A DNA stretch of 61,268 bases, filler included, from Pirum gemmata (GCA_002812295.1; 11 parts of 11 records of this genome joined end to end with filler, not necessarily neighbours in it), one strand, 5' to 3'; positions 38,801 to 52,222 are shown, counted from the whole stretch's first letter. The notes: a model not told the origin generated them from the sequence alone. Numbers and translations are program-made.

Positions 38801-39356
38801 TTACATTAAATATCGGTATTATTATACTGGTAGTATTATACTATTATTATNNNNNNNNNNNNNNNNNNNNNNNNNNNNNNNNNNNNNNNNNNNNTTAATT
38901 AATTAANNNNNNNNNNNNNNNNNNNNNNNNNNNNNNNNNNNNNNNNNNNNACATCACTTATTCTTTGATAGAAGTCATTGCTCGAAAGTGTGACTTAAAC
39001 TGTTTTAGGCAATAATTAATTATTAAATGAACTTTAAAATTATGACCAAAAGTGTTTTGGACAAAGAGGCATAGGTGAGATTAGCTGAAATCCTTCATGG
39101 ATGATTCCTAAGTCAGATTCCTAAGTAGACTTCTAGTAGCTAGACTCAGTAGCTAGCTAGACTACTAGCTAGCTAGTAGTACCAGTGTATCACAAAGAGG
39201 TCGCTGGAAGAGGTCGTGGGATCATCATGAGCGTATAATCTGATCGGTCAGATATATTGGTAGACTATATATATATTAATAAGCTATCATGGTAATTATT
39301 ATAATATTATTATATATTATAAATGTAAATACAACAACAACAATGACAAAAACGTT

Positions 39357-39420
<64 letters not shown>

Positions 39421-40304
39421 GGAGCGTTTGAGACAACAGCAACAACAGCAACAGCAAGAAGAAGAAGAAGTGGAAGAGGATGAAGAGAGGTTTTGTTTTT
39501 GTAATGAAATCAGTGTACTCTGTAATAGCCCTTCGAAGGTTCAGTGACTCCAGTCTGAGGTCCAGTAGGGTATTCTTTGATTATAAACACTTGGTCAGTT
39601 CTTTAGTTGGAATCTATAATTATATTGTCTATGCTATTATTCTTTGTTCTTTTTGCTGTAGTAATATCAGTCTTTTAAATTTGTTCCTATTGGTATCATG
39701 ATAATTTATAATCTAGACCCTCTAGATGGGGGTCTACTAGTTCAAGAAGTCAAAACCAACTGACAATCAAATCATTAACTTATACTAAAGTATTATGAAA
39801 CAAATCAACAAATTGCTACTTTTAAAAAAAAGCTATTAATTAAAATTAAAAACTGTAACCTCTGACTACAAATCAATACTACTTCTCAATAATAATAATA
39901 CATTGGTAATAAAGATTTTATTAAAAAAATAAATAAATTAATTAAAATTAAAATTATGTATGATATAATATAACCTATTTATAAATATTATAATATTATC
40001 ATGATACCGGCACTGCTCCCAGTCCCAGCTGCTCCTCCTTTTACGGTCTGTGTCTATGATCGTATAAAAAGGAAAACAGAAACTTTTTATTTTTTTTATT
40101 AGTTCAAGAAAGTTTTTCTATCGATAGGGTAACGTAACGCCAATTTCTGGTCAAATACAGCTTCAAATACCCCTATTTACCTACCCCTCGACGTTAATTT
40201 CCGGTCAAATACTACCTTCTTAACTACCCCTTGACGTGATCTATTATTTGAACACTCCCATACTTAGGAAAGGTTTTCTTGAACTCCTTTGAGCTATTAT
40301 TAGG

Positions 40305-40536
40305 AGTAGGGGTGAGATATCTACTGGAACTTTTTTCGAACAGATGCTTATCGAGCCAACCTTAGTTCCGTGTTTCTTGCTAATAATAGCAGTTAAATGG
40401 CTTAAAATAGTAAATCTAATTATATTAGATACTAATTAAAGAAACAATATTAACATTAATAGTAATAAAACCATAAAATCGGAAAAGTTCCGGCAGCTGC
40501 TCGGTAATAATAAAATGACGTCACCTCACCCCTACT
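40305..40536. mobile_element. MITE-E (~230 bp; TIR AGTAGGGGTGAG); second copy at 37042-~37250
   Basis: Inverted termini AGTAGGGGTGAGAT / ACCTCACCCCTACT; the two copies align along their length. Confidence 0.8.
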
Positions 40537-42479
40537 TTATTAGGCCTGGGGTCTATCAACTGTCTATCATACCTATCATACCTAGTCTAGGTAGCTAGTA
40601 GCCTATCATACCTCTATCATACCACTAGCTAGCTATGATAGCTAGTACTATCATACCAGCCAGGTATTAGACCTATAGACTATCGTGCTTTTAATTTATT
40701 TTGTCACTCTAAATATTTATTTGGTGGGTTATAATATTTAAATTGACATTTTTAAATAAATAGATAGATAATAAAATATACCAAATTAAATAAAATGGAT
40801 TTATACTGTATTTATTGGGTACTATTTATTGTATATTTCATGATGACAAAATAACTGAAAAGCACAGGAAAAGCACTAGTCTAGTCTATAAAAAAAACAA
40901 AACTCAAATGGGACCAAATACTACCAAAATAGGGTGTGCGTTTACAAATTCTGGAAAAAGTTCTCTGAAAAAGTTCTGGGGAAACCAGCTGGGGAAACCT
41001 GGGGAAACAGTCTTCACTCTTGAATCGTGTTTTTCCATCACGCATGGCCCTAGACGCATGGCCAGCTCAAAAACTGAAATAAACGTGTTAGACCATCTAC
41101 GGTTTTTAAAAGCTAACTTCAAGCTACCAGACATTGGTATTTTATATCATACTTTTAATGGTGTATTTTACACTTTTAAACAATACCAAATTAAATATTG
41201 AGAAAACAAGACGCTAGCTAGGAACAAGACGATACTCCTTGATACTTTTTAGACTCTAGCTAAGCTGTGTTTGTGAGGACTTTATTATTAGAGTTTTATT
41301 ATTATTGATATTAGAGGCTTGTTCTTATTAGTACTTTATATTAGTCTAGTTCTGGTTTTCAGTTCCAGTTTTTTCAGTTTTTAGGGTCGTTGTCAGTTTA
41401 ACGTTTTCACTTGTCAGTTGTCAACTTGTCACTCGTTGAAGAGAGTCAAGAGTGGGTTGTTAACTTGTTAATGCTAACTAGCCAAATTATTTTTAAAAAC
41501 TTGCCATTGGTTTATAATAGAGTTTTCTTAGTTAAAGTATTTCTCAAAATTTGGTAGTACTTTAATTTTAATTGGATCATTTTGCGATATTTTGGATTGT
41601 TGAGCTCAGGTTGAGCTCATAATCTTGTCCCTTCTTATCCTTGGTGCCATTTATTTGTAGACAACCATTTATTTTAGTTTTTGTAAATATTTTACCATTT
41701 TCATTTATAAGTACGTATTAAAAGTGTATTTTAAACGCCAATTTCCAGTCAAATACAGCTTCAAATACCCCCCTACCTACCTAGCTAGGTCCTAGACCCG
41801 TCTACCTCAAAATTAAAAAATTAAAAAATTAAAAAAAATTAAAAAATTTTAAAAAAAAAATTAAAAATTTATTTATAAAAATAGATCTAGCCAGAGATCT
41901 ATCGCTATTTTCATTATTTTCAACTCCCAATACTGCTCGAGCCCAAAAACTCGAATTTCTGTTATGAAAAAAAAAAGCCAAAATTCAGCCCTGTTTGAAA
42001 ATTATTTTTTCCATTTTTTTGGGTTAGACCTATAAATAAATAAATAGAGTTTATGGGTATGCACATACTATGCAGCGAATTGGAGGCCGAAGGCCGACCC
42101 GACATACTCCGAAGACGTAAAGATAACAATAATAACAATAATAATGATGATAATGATAATGATAATGATAATGATAACGGTAATAATAATAATAACAATA
42201 ATAATAATGATAAAGATAACAGTGATAACAAAATATTATCACTTATTATATTATATTAAAATTTAATTAAATTTTTTTATTATTATCACAGTCTNATAAG
42301 ACTTAGTACAACAGGACTCTAGCTAGCTACTGACTCTAGCTAGGACCGGTCTACAACTTCTACAACCCAATTTTGAACTTCTAGCTAGAGGGCAAGAAAC
42401 TAGATAGAATAGTCGGAATTCTACTGCTCGAGAAAAAGACTAGAAAAAGTGTTACTCATCGTTACTCATTTCAGCTCAT

Positions 42480-42620
42480 ATCCATTTTTTTTCTACTATA
42501 CCAAATTCGAACACTTACATTATGTCAATAAATATACTCGAATAATTAACTGTTAGCTTAAAGTTTTCGAACTTATTTAATTTAATTAAAGCATAGGCTC
42601 GAAAACTTGATTTTTTTTTT
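42480..42620. repeat. Dispersed repeat; inverted homologue at ~60660-60775
   Basis: TTAACTGTTAGCTTAAA..TTCGAACTTATTTA..GGCTCGAAAACT matches the reverse complement of 60665-60725. Confidence 0.65.
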
Positions 42621-42816
42621 TTAAAAGCAAAGCTCTACAAGGTCGGCAAGTTACGGCAACAGGGTAACTATTTTCAAAGCTATTTTCAACTATTTTCAAA
42701 TTTTTCAAGGACATTTTTTTTTGAGATCCCTGAAATTTGCCTAATAAGGAAATTTGCTCTCCAATATTTCTACCTTCTACTTCTAGCTAGACTACCAGTA
42801 TGATCTATCTGCTAAA

Positions 42817-42883
42817 AGTAGTAGTAGTAGTATGTAGTAGTAGTAGTAGTAGTAGTAGTAGCAGTAGTAGTAGTAGTAGTAGC

Positions 42884-42914
<31 letters not shown>

Positions 42915-43000
42915 CTAGTAGTACTAGTAGTAGTAGTAGTAGTAGTAGTACTAGTACTAGTAGTAGTAGTAGTACTAGTAGTAGTAGTAGTAGTAGTGAT

Positions 43001-43067
<67 letters not shown>

Positions 43068-43086
43068 TGTAGTTGTTGTTGTTGTT

Positions 43087-43141
<55 letters not shown>

Positions 43142-43183
43142 AAGTAGTAGTAGTAGTAGAAGTAGTAGTAGTAGTAGTAGTAN

Positions 43184-43281
<98 letters not shown>
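42817..43281. repeat. (TAG)n microsatellite; related tracts at 338-460, 945-1180, 1440-1615, 44721-45050, 53137-53203
   Basis: Read directly from the sequence. Confidence 0.95.
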
Positions 43282-43282
<1 letters not shown>

Positions 43283-44935
43283 CTACCTGAGCTTTAGTTT
43301 ACCGGTAGTTAGACTATGATATTTTATGATAAAAGCTTGTATTGAAAACGAGTCTTTTTGTACTATTTTTGTGTGGTGTTATGGGTGACTCTGAATATTT
43401 ATTTGGTAGATTATAACCTTTAATTGACATTTTTTAAATGAATAAATAGCTAATAAAATATATCAAATTAAATAAAATTGATTTATATTATATTAATTTC
43501 GTACTTTTTATTGTATATTTTATGATGCCAAAACAACTGAAAAGCACTAGTAGTGTAGAGTACCGGTAGTGAAGTACTAGACTAGTCTAAAGTAGAGGTC
43601 TAGCTAGTATACGTAGTTGTTTAGTTAGGGTTAGGGTTAGGGTTAGGGTTAGGGTTAGGGTTAGGGTTAGGGTTAGGGTTAGGGTAAAGTAGAGGCCTAG
43701 TAGTTGCTTAGTCAGGGTGTTTCTGGTATAATCGAAGCATAAAAAAAGAGCATGAAGCCGCATTGAAGCGTAGGGCTACTATCATATTAATTAATAGCTA
43801 TCATAGCTTCTGTCTAACTACCAGTTCTCATGATTGAAGAAGGTCCGGTTTCTCTTTATAGTCTACCCCCCCACCCCTATAGCTAGCGGAGCGTTCAAAT
43901 AATACGTCCGTCAAGGGGTAGGTAGGTAGGTGGTATTTGACCAGAAATTAACGTCGAGGGGTAGGTAGATAGTAGGGGTATATGAAGCTGTATTTGACTG
44001 GCGTTACGTAGTATTTGAGCTCTCCCTTGGTTTTTCCAGAGTCTCATAGTTGCCCAGTTCAAAAACTGAAATAAACTGTTATGGTTAAACTATCAGACAT
44101 GTTTTAACTTATTTGGTATTTTATAATTAATTTTTTATTTTATAAAAAAGTTCAATTATGCACATGTCTTATCTGTATTTACAGAGTATTTACAGTCTGT
44201 ATTTAGTCTATAATAATAATTATTATGATAATCGATATATTACTGGATAGACTAGACTATATCATAATATATCGTGTTTTTCAATAGTGTTATCCAGTTC
44301 AAAAACTGAAATAAACCTACCAAATTATTATTATTAGACATGTTTTAATTAATTTGGTATTTTATACTTTATGTTTTATTTTATAAACAAGTTCAATTAT
44401 ACAATTAAACAGTACCAAATTAAAGATTGAGAGAATAACTGTAATAAAAAAAAGACTAGGTGATAGTCTAAAATATAATCTAGCGCTTTTCATTTTTTTT
44501 GTCACTCTGAATATTTACTTGGTTGGTTATGATATTTAAAGTTGACATTTTTAAATAAATAAATAAATAGTATAAACTACCAAATTAAATTAAATGGATT
44601 TATATAGTATTAATTTGGTANNNNNNNNNNNNNNNNNNNNNNNNNNNNNNNNNNNNNNNNNNNNTTAATTAATTAANNNNNNNNNNNNNNNNNNNNNNNN
44701 NNNNNNNNNNNNNNNNNNNNTAGTAGTAGTAGTAGTAGTAATAGTAATAGTAGTAGTAGTAGTATTAGTAGTAGTAGTAGTAATAGTAATAGTAGTAGTA
44801 GTAGTATTAGTAGTAGTATTAGTATTAGTAGTAGTATTAGTAGTATTGGTAGTAGTATTAGTATTAGTAGTAGTATTAGTGTAGTATTGGTATTAGTAGT
44901 ATTAGTAGTAGTAGTATTAATAGTATCGGTAGTAT

Positions 44936-44970
<35 letters not shown>

Positions 44971-45614
44971 TTGGTAGTAGTAGTAATAGTAGTACTAATA
45001 GTATTAGTAATATTGGTGATGGTGGTGGTGGTAATAGTAATAGTCATAGTCGTAGTATAGGTAGATAAATAGATACTCGTAGAAACAGGAAAAGAAAGAA
45101 AAAAGATATCGATGTTCCATGTAATTACAATTATAAAACAAGAAAAAAAAAAAAGGTAGTTATTAAGAATAATATTATGCGTTATTATGATACAGTATGA
45201 TACCTTAATTAATAATAATAATAATAATAATAAAAAATAAAACAAAAACTAAAAAAAAAAAAAAAAAAAAGGTAGTTATTAAGAATAATATTATGCGTTA
45301 TTATGATACAGTATGATACCTTAATTAATAATAATAATAATAATAATAAAAACTAAAACTAAAACTAAAATTTGTATAATGATAAATAAAAGAAAACATA
45401 ACAATCAGGCCGAAAAATTGAGCGTATAAGGAGCTCTGATCTCATTAATCATAGAAACTAAGGCGTTAAAAGGCAAAGTGAGGAGTTTTAGGACCCCAAG
45501 ATGAGTAAGAGGAAGGTAGGTCGGATAGCTTAGGGCCAGATAGTGTGAATCCAGTGATGGTAAACCTGAAAAAAAAAAAATCTGCCAAAAGTCTGCCGGG
45601 CGGCGAAAAAACAA

Positions 45615-45663
<49 letters not shown>

Positions 45664-45847
45664 ATATATATTACACAGAAGAAATCGAGAATTTCTGAAT
45701 ATATATATATAATATAAAAATTTGAAATAATAATAATTTTTAAATTTTTTTTAAAAAACAATAATTTTTTATTTGAATTAAAAATTATAATTATTTACTT
45801 TTTAATTAATTGTCTAAAAAAAAAAAACAAAAAAACTAAAAGGAACC

Positions 45848-47086
45848 ATGCAAATTTTCAACTTATCCATTGTTTTAGCTTCGGCTGTTCTTTCTGCCAA
45901 TGCCTTACCAGCCCCACAATCGGATTTTAAATTCGTACAACCTAACCTTGCATTAGTACAAAACAATTTCGACACCACTGGAGACGTCAGAGATAGAAGA
46001 GGATTGATTGGGGATGTCGCAAATGGCGTGAAAAACAACTCAGTGAAAACTATCAAGAATGTTAAAGACAAAAATTTTGAAACTCTTCTCGGTGAAGGTT
46101 TTCATAGCTTGAAAAATGTAATGACTAACGCAAAAACTGGGTTGGTAGACAAAGCTGACAAAGCTATTAACGCAACTAAAGTTATTTTTAAAAAAGGTGA
46201 TTTAAAAGAGCAAGCTAAATCTGCGGCTACCAAAGTCGGAGAAAATGCAATTGGAAAATTATCAACAGCTAAACAAGCTACTAATAATTTTTTGAATAAC
46301 CCTGTCCAAGTTACTAACGAAATCATACAAGAAGCGCAACATATGAAAAGAAAAGCTGAAGAATCTGCAAAACAGTTTGTTGAAAAATCAAAGGAAAATA
46401 TCGTTGAAGAATATGCGATTGATTCTATCACATTTACTGAAGAAATTGCTGAAGAAACTAACAAAACTGGTAATTTTTTTAGAGATATCGCAATCGGCAT
46501 GAAAAATAACTTCATTAAGGGTGTTAAAGATTATGAGTTAGGAGAAAAAGCTAAAAAGGCTATCAAAGCAGCCAACGATTCTATTAAAGCAACCAGCGAT
46601 GCTATTAAAAAAGGTGACTTGAAGGAACAAGCTAAATCTGCTGCCAAATCTGCTGCTAAATCTTCTGCTACTACAGCTAAATCTACTGCTGAATTTGCTG
46701 CCATGAAAGCTAAATATGCTGCTGAGTTTGCTCTTAAAACTGCTATTACCCAAATGGGCAAAGCTATTGAAGCAACCAAAGTTGTTATTAAAAAGGGTGA
46801 TTTAAAGGGACAAGCTAAATCTGCTGTTATGGAAAAAATATCAAAAATTCAACAAGCTACTGATAAAGCTTTAAAGAAGACTCCTGCCCAAGTTACTCGG
46901 GAAATGATAACAGGAGCGAAATATATGAAAAAAATAGCTGAACAAGCTGCGAAAGAGTTTGCTGAAAGATCAAAGGAAAATTCTACAAACATTGTTGAAG
47001 AAAATGCGAACCCTATCGAATTTGTTGAAGAAATTACTTCTACTACTACTACTACTACTACTACTACTATTAATCAATTAGCTTGA
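45848..47086 (+). CDS. Secreted Lys/Ala/Glu-rich helical repeat protein (LEA/apolipoprotein-like composition), 412 aa
   Basis: Single long ORF with signal peptide MQIFNLSIVLASAVLSANA and a dibasic RDRR site. KKGDLKxQAKSA occurs three times, and a ~95-aa unit occurs twice. The C-terminal poly-Thr derives from (ACT)n. Confidence 0.85.
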   Translation: MQIFNLSIVLASAVLSANALPAPQSDFKFVQPNLALVQNNFDTTGDVRDRRGLIGDVANGVKNNSVKTIKNVKDKNFETLLGEGFHSLKNVMTNAKTGLVDKADKAINATKVIFKKGDLKEQAKSAATKVGENAIGKLSTAKQATNNFLNNPVQVTNEIIQEAQHMKRKAEESAKQFVEKSKENIVEEYAIDSITFTEEIAEETNKTGNFFRDIAIGMKNNFIKGVKDYELGEKAKKAIKAANDSIKATSDAIKKGDLKEQAKSAAKSAAKSSATTAKSTAEFAAMKAKYAAEFALKTAITQMGKAIEATKVVIKKGDLKGQAKSAVMEKISKIQQATDKALKKTPAQVTREMITGAKYMKKIAEQAAKEFAERSKENSTNIVEENANPIEFVEEITSTTTTTTTTTINQLA

Positions 47087-50000
47087 ATAGTGAAATTTTG
47101 TATTAATTACGTATTATTAAATAACAATAGTAAAATTACGTATTTTTAAGGAATAAAAATGCTCCCAACTTGTGGGAAATAACTAATAAAAATGTTTTTG
47201 TAATTTTTCTTAAAACTACCAAGCTTAAGCTGGATAAAAATCCAAAAAATCACAAAATAATCTTATTTTAATGAAAGTACTACCAAATGTTAGGAAATCG
47301 TTTAACTAATACAACTCAATTATGAACCAACGGCTAGTTTTAAAAAATAATTTGGCTAGTTAATTAAAACATTATTAATTAATAAAGGTTTTTAGAAAAG
47401 AAGTTTTTTTAAAAAAAAATGATTTTTTATAAATAATATTTTACATTTTTATTGGCGAACAACCCTAACCCTAACCATCTGCCCTAACAGTCCCTAACAG
47501 TACGTAGTTATCATATTATACTAACAGTCGCTAACACCATATAATAGGATATAATAGATATAATGTTATTATGACTGTCGGATAAACCTGCAGAAATCAT
47601 TATTTTCTAAAAACCTTTATTACTAACTACTAATATAGTCTAATATACTAACTAGCCAAATTATCTTAGTTAGAAAATTTGATAGTATTTTTATTGAAAT
47701 TGGTACGTTAGATTTTAAGATTTCATCAGATTTTAAGCTCATAATATGGTATGGTGGATTTTTCAATTTTATCCGGCAAAAGTAATAATAGACTCAGTGG
47801 TTTTATCAGCATCAAACAAATGTATACACTAAAGAATACCAGATTAACACGATATGGATCCATTTAATTTAATTTTGTATAATATGTTTTATTATCTATA
47901 ACAAAACGTTATAACCCATCAAATAAATATTCACAGTGACAAAATAAATGAAAAGCTCAATAAATGAAAAGCTCAATAATAATAATAAAACATTGGCTTT
48001 TTTTTCTGTAGAGGTCGTGCTCTAGCTACGATACCTCTTTTGTACACTGTGCAAACAATTATTGAAACATGTCCAACTTTTGGGATTTCAGTATTCGAAC
48101 ATAAGTCATACAAAAGGTATTTAATAGATTTGAAATTTTCGAACATAAAAGTTGGACTTTTATTAATTAGTAAAAAAAGTAGGATGTTTTTTTTTTTTAT
48201 GCATCATGTGACCTTGCTGATTTAAAAAATTAAAAAGCTAATCTTGAGCTAACTTTGTTATTAAATTTTCTTCTTAGCATCATTATTATTTACAGTTTAT
48301 TTACCCATTCTATAAACACCGTTATGAACACTTATATTTTGTTGCCAGTCTGTAACTTTAAGCTCACAAAAGCCAAACTAAAGCAAAAAAAAGTAAATCT
48401 AGACTGTCTAGAATTTTTTGGTAATTATTTCCTGCAAAAAAAATATATACTTGCTTTCTAATTATGGCAAAAAAAAAATTTTATTCCAAATTAGGATTTG
48501 ATTTTTTAGCTCGATGTTGTTTTTTTTCATTTTCGAACACAAATCAACATAAATGTTACGTCATCATAAAAAAAAGCACCCGTCTTTCATAGTCCACAAA
48601 AACATTTTGGATTGGACTAATGAAAATTGTTAATTTAGACAGGAAATTTTGCTGACAGGGACGCCTAATTTCATCCAAAAATCGAAATTTTCAAATTTTG
48701 TTTTGTAAAAAAAATTTTATTGGATATATTTAATTAGCTCAACAAGACCTTTCTATTAGACAAAAAACAGCAAACCTTTAGGGACTCTAATAGGGAGTGT
48801 TCAAATAATACGTCACGTCAAGGGGTAGGTTGATAGGTGGTATTTGACCGGAAATTAACGTCAAGGGGAAGGTAGGTACGGGTATTTGAAGCTGTGTTTG
48901 ACCGGAAATTTGGTCGCTCCCTTGTAATTGGCGATTTTCTCAGTGCTCTTTAAAAAAAAAAAAAAAAAAAAAAAATTGTTTGCACCAACCATTCTCCAAA
49001 TAATATGTCACGTCAAGAGGTAGGTAGGTAGGTAGTATTTGACCGAAAATTAACGTCGAGGGGTAGGTATATAGGGGTATTTGAAGCTGTGTTTGACCAG
49101 GAAATTGGCGTTACATAATAATATTATGTTCCTTCCATACTAGTCACCATAGTCTATTTATTATAATTTAGTTTTTTATAATCATTTCCAATAAAGGGTC
49201 AGAAATAAATAATAGTAATTTTTCATTGGTTTGATTTTTTAAGGTGGGCTTAGGGTTAGGGTTAGGGGTTAGGGTAACTAATAATAGGGTTAGGGTTAGG
49301 GTTAGGGTTAGGGTTAGGGTTAGGGTTAGGGTTAGGGTTAGGGTTAGGGTTAGGGTTAGGGTTANNNNNNNNNNNNNNNNNNNNNNNNNNNNNNNNNNNN
49401 NNNNNNNNNNNNNNNNNNNNNNNNNNNNNNNNNNNNNNNNNNTAGGGTTAGGGTTAGGGTTAGGGTTAGGGTTAGGGTTAGAGTTAGAGTTAGAGTTAGG
49501 GTTAGGGTTAGGGTTAGGGTTAGGGTTAAAGGTTAGGGTTAGGATTAGGGTTAGGGTTAGGGTTAAAGGTTGGCTAGTGATTTTTTATTATAAACAACAA
49601 TCATTTTTAATTAAATTTTACTCATTTTTAATTTATTTTTTTTAAAAAATATATAATTGGTACATTTTAGATATTCGAACAAGTAAAGGACTATACTATC
49701 ATACATAAAAAGCTACTGTTAAATAAACAAAAGTTGTTATTATATTTATAATGATTAAGTTAATTTAAATATATTAATAATTTTGTTTAAAATGGTATTT
49801 AGAGTATTTTTATAGATAATAGTTTTGTAATTTTATATTATGATTCTTATTGTTTTTTTTTTTTATTTTTTTTATAAAATTTCAAAAATATTTATACTTT
49901 TTTAACAATAAAAGTATATTATAAAACAATCATTAAATCATATCATTATTATAATATAATAATTTTTCTTAATTTCAAAACTAAATTTTAATAGCTAATA

Positions 50001-50404
50001 CCAATCACATTGGGTAACTCTGAATACGGGTTACGAACCCATTAGCTATTCTATCTAAAATTCAAAATAATAATTTATAAATTTTCTTTTTCTTTTTTGC
50101 TTATTATAATTAATACTTTATTACAACAAATAAAAGTATTCTTATTTCTTTATTAAAATTCGATTAAGATATTTTAATCAACATTAAATTANNNNNNNNN
50201 NNNNNNNNNNNNNNNNNNNNNNNNNNNNNNNNNNNTTAATTAATTAANNNNNNNNNNNNNNNNNNNNNNNNNNNNNNNNNNNNNNNNNNNNTTCATTAGA
50301 AAAATAGTTACGCAAAAAATTTTGAATAAGCAAAGATCACTTACTAATTAAAATTCTATACGCCACGACTTGTATCGTGCTTTTTAAAAAAAATTAAAAA
50401 AAAG

Positions 50405-50453
<49 letters not shown>

Positions 50454-51380
50454 AAAAAAAAAAAAAGATAACCCAATTAAAATAGCAAACATAAAATAGG
50501 TTTTTTCAGTGGGCTAAAACCTATCATACATATCGATAACTGTCTAGCGATAACTGTGACGCCAACTTATCGTTGTCCATCCAGGAGTTCGAAGATTACC
50601 TATTTTTAAAAATACCTCGAACGAACGTGAACTTGGGTCGAAAATTCAAAGTTTGAGTAAGAAAATATCAATTTATAGCCTTTTCTTAGCTTTCTAGCTT
50701 GGGTTTAACAAGTGTTTAAAACATTCCTCGTCCGAATCGTCTCTGTTTCTGTAGGACACGCATTTTTTGTGAACCCTCGAATTAGGTCGAACCTCCCATT
50801 GATTTTTCTGGGTTTTCTATTGGTAGAGATTCAAAGTGGGGTTTTTGTTAGGGTTTTTTTACTGTTTTTTTAGTTTTTTTGCTTGTCAAGAAGTTGCCAA
50901 GTAAAAAAAAATTGGCTTATTATTTTATTTACAATACTAATAATATGATATACTATGATAAAATATCATAATAAAATTTTTGTAAAAAAAAAATAAGGGT
51001 TTTTTTCTTCTGGGGTTTTTGTTGGTCAATTATTCCAATACAATTATTGCCTTTTTTAACTAAAACCAATACTTTTCTGTTTTGTTATCATTCCTTTTTA
51101 TTTATTTCCAAAATAATAATAATTATAACAATAAGAAAACAAGAAAGATAATTGGTGATTATTATATTATTGTTTTGTAAGATACGAAATCGAAATAATA
51201 TCGACATTGTGCTTTTCAGTTGTTTTGTCATCATAAAATATACAATAAAGAGTGCCAAATTAATACAATATAAATCCATTTCATTTAATTTGGTATATTT
51301 TATTATTCATTTATTCATNCCCGGTCAATTTCTTAATCCCTTCAGTATTCCTTCTATGACATAATATGATAAAAAATTAT

Positions 51381-51569
51381 TATTGTGCTTCTCATTTATT
51401 TTGTCACTCCGAATATTTATTTGGTTGGTTATAATATTTAAATTGATATTTTTAAATTAATGATTAGATTATAAAATATACCAAATTAAATAAAATGGAT
51501 TTATGTTGTATTAATTTGGTACCCTTTATTGTATACTTTATGATGACAAAACAACTGAAAAGCACGATA
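51381..51569. mobile_element. MITE-C (~190 bp; termini TATYGTGCTTTTCA...TGAAAAGCACRATA); ~15 full or partial copies, e.g. 5570-5641, 21259-21380, 28069-28180, 28909-29062, 29905-30082, 32905-33106, 40681-40866, 43385-43548, 44483-44620, 51620-51792, 57761-57908
   Basis: Repeated core GTCATCATAAAATATACAATAAAGAGTACCAAATTAATAC...CAGAGTGACAAAATAAATGAAAAGCAC, found in both orientations. Confidence 0.85.
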
Positions 51570-51795
51570 GTCTATTGAGCCTGTAGTACGATAGCATAGA
51601 GGTCTATGATGTAGTCTTTTCAGTTGTAAAATATACAATAAAGAGTGCCAAATTAATACAATATAAATCCATTTTATTTAATTTGGTATATTTTATTATC
51701 CATTTATTCATTTTTAACAATGTCAATTTAAAAATTATAACCAACCAAATAAATATCCGAATCGGAGTGTCAAAATAAATGAAAAGCGCTATAAN

Positions 51796-51861
<66 letters not shown>

Positions 51862-52222
51862 ATTGTGGCATTATGATTTGTGATTTTAAAATTTGTTATT
51901 TGTTATTTTAAAAACTTTGTTATTTGTTATTTGTTATTTGTTATTTGTATTTGTTATTAATTTTGTTATTTGTTATTTGTTATTTGTTATTAAAATCTGT
52001 TATTTGTTATTATTAAATTTTGTTATTAAAATTTTGTTATTTGTTATTAAAATTTGTTACTTGTTATTAAAATTTGTTATTTGTTATTTGTTATTTATTA
52101 TTTGTTATTAATTTTGTTATTTGTTATTTTTTTTTAAATTTTATTATTTTAAACTTTTGTTATTTGTTATTAAAAAAATTTTGTTATGACATTTTTTATT
52201 TGTTATTTATTATGCATATCAT

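Noticed and set aside
40815..41201. 128-aa ORF (also 33437-33739 and 51088-51364)
   Set aside because: Each runs through MITE-C, MITE-D or MITE-A sequence; these are chance open frames.
42800..43319. Low-complexity ORFs (poly-S, poly-L, poly-T, GLGL/RVRV, LFVICY; e.g. 940-1143, 1422-1616, 10063-10284, 44673-45245, 49244-49645, 53447-53783, 54584-55145)
   Set aside because: These are translations of microsatellite, telomeric or satellite repeats.
19850..44300. Fungal RIP as the cause of TA-rich, CTAG-rich DNA
   Set aside because: MITE copies in the region retain CpA and CpG, and differ from siblings mainly by small insertions rather than C->T transitions (judged by eye, not computed).
45814..46779. 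Antisense ORFs over real genes (also 2045-2242, 4085-4312, 4880-5107, 56640-56837, 57042-57312)
   Set aside because: Shadows of codon bias on the opposite strand; no independent motifs.
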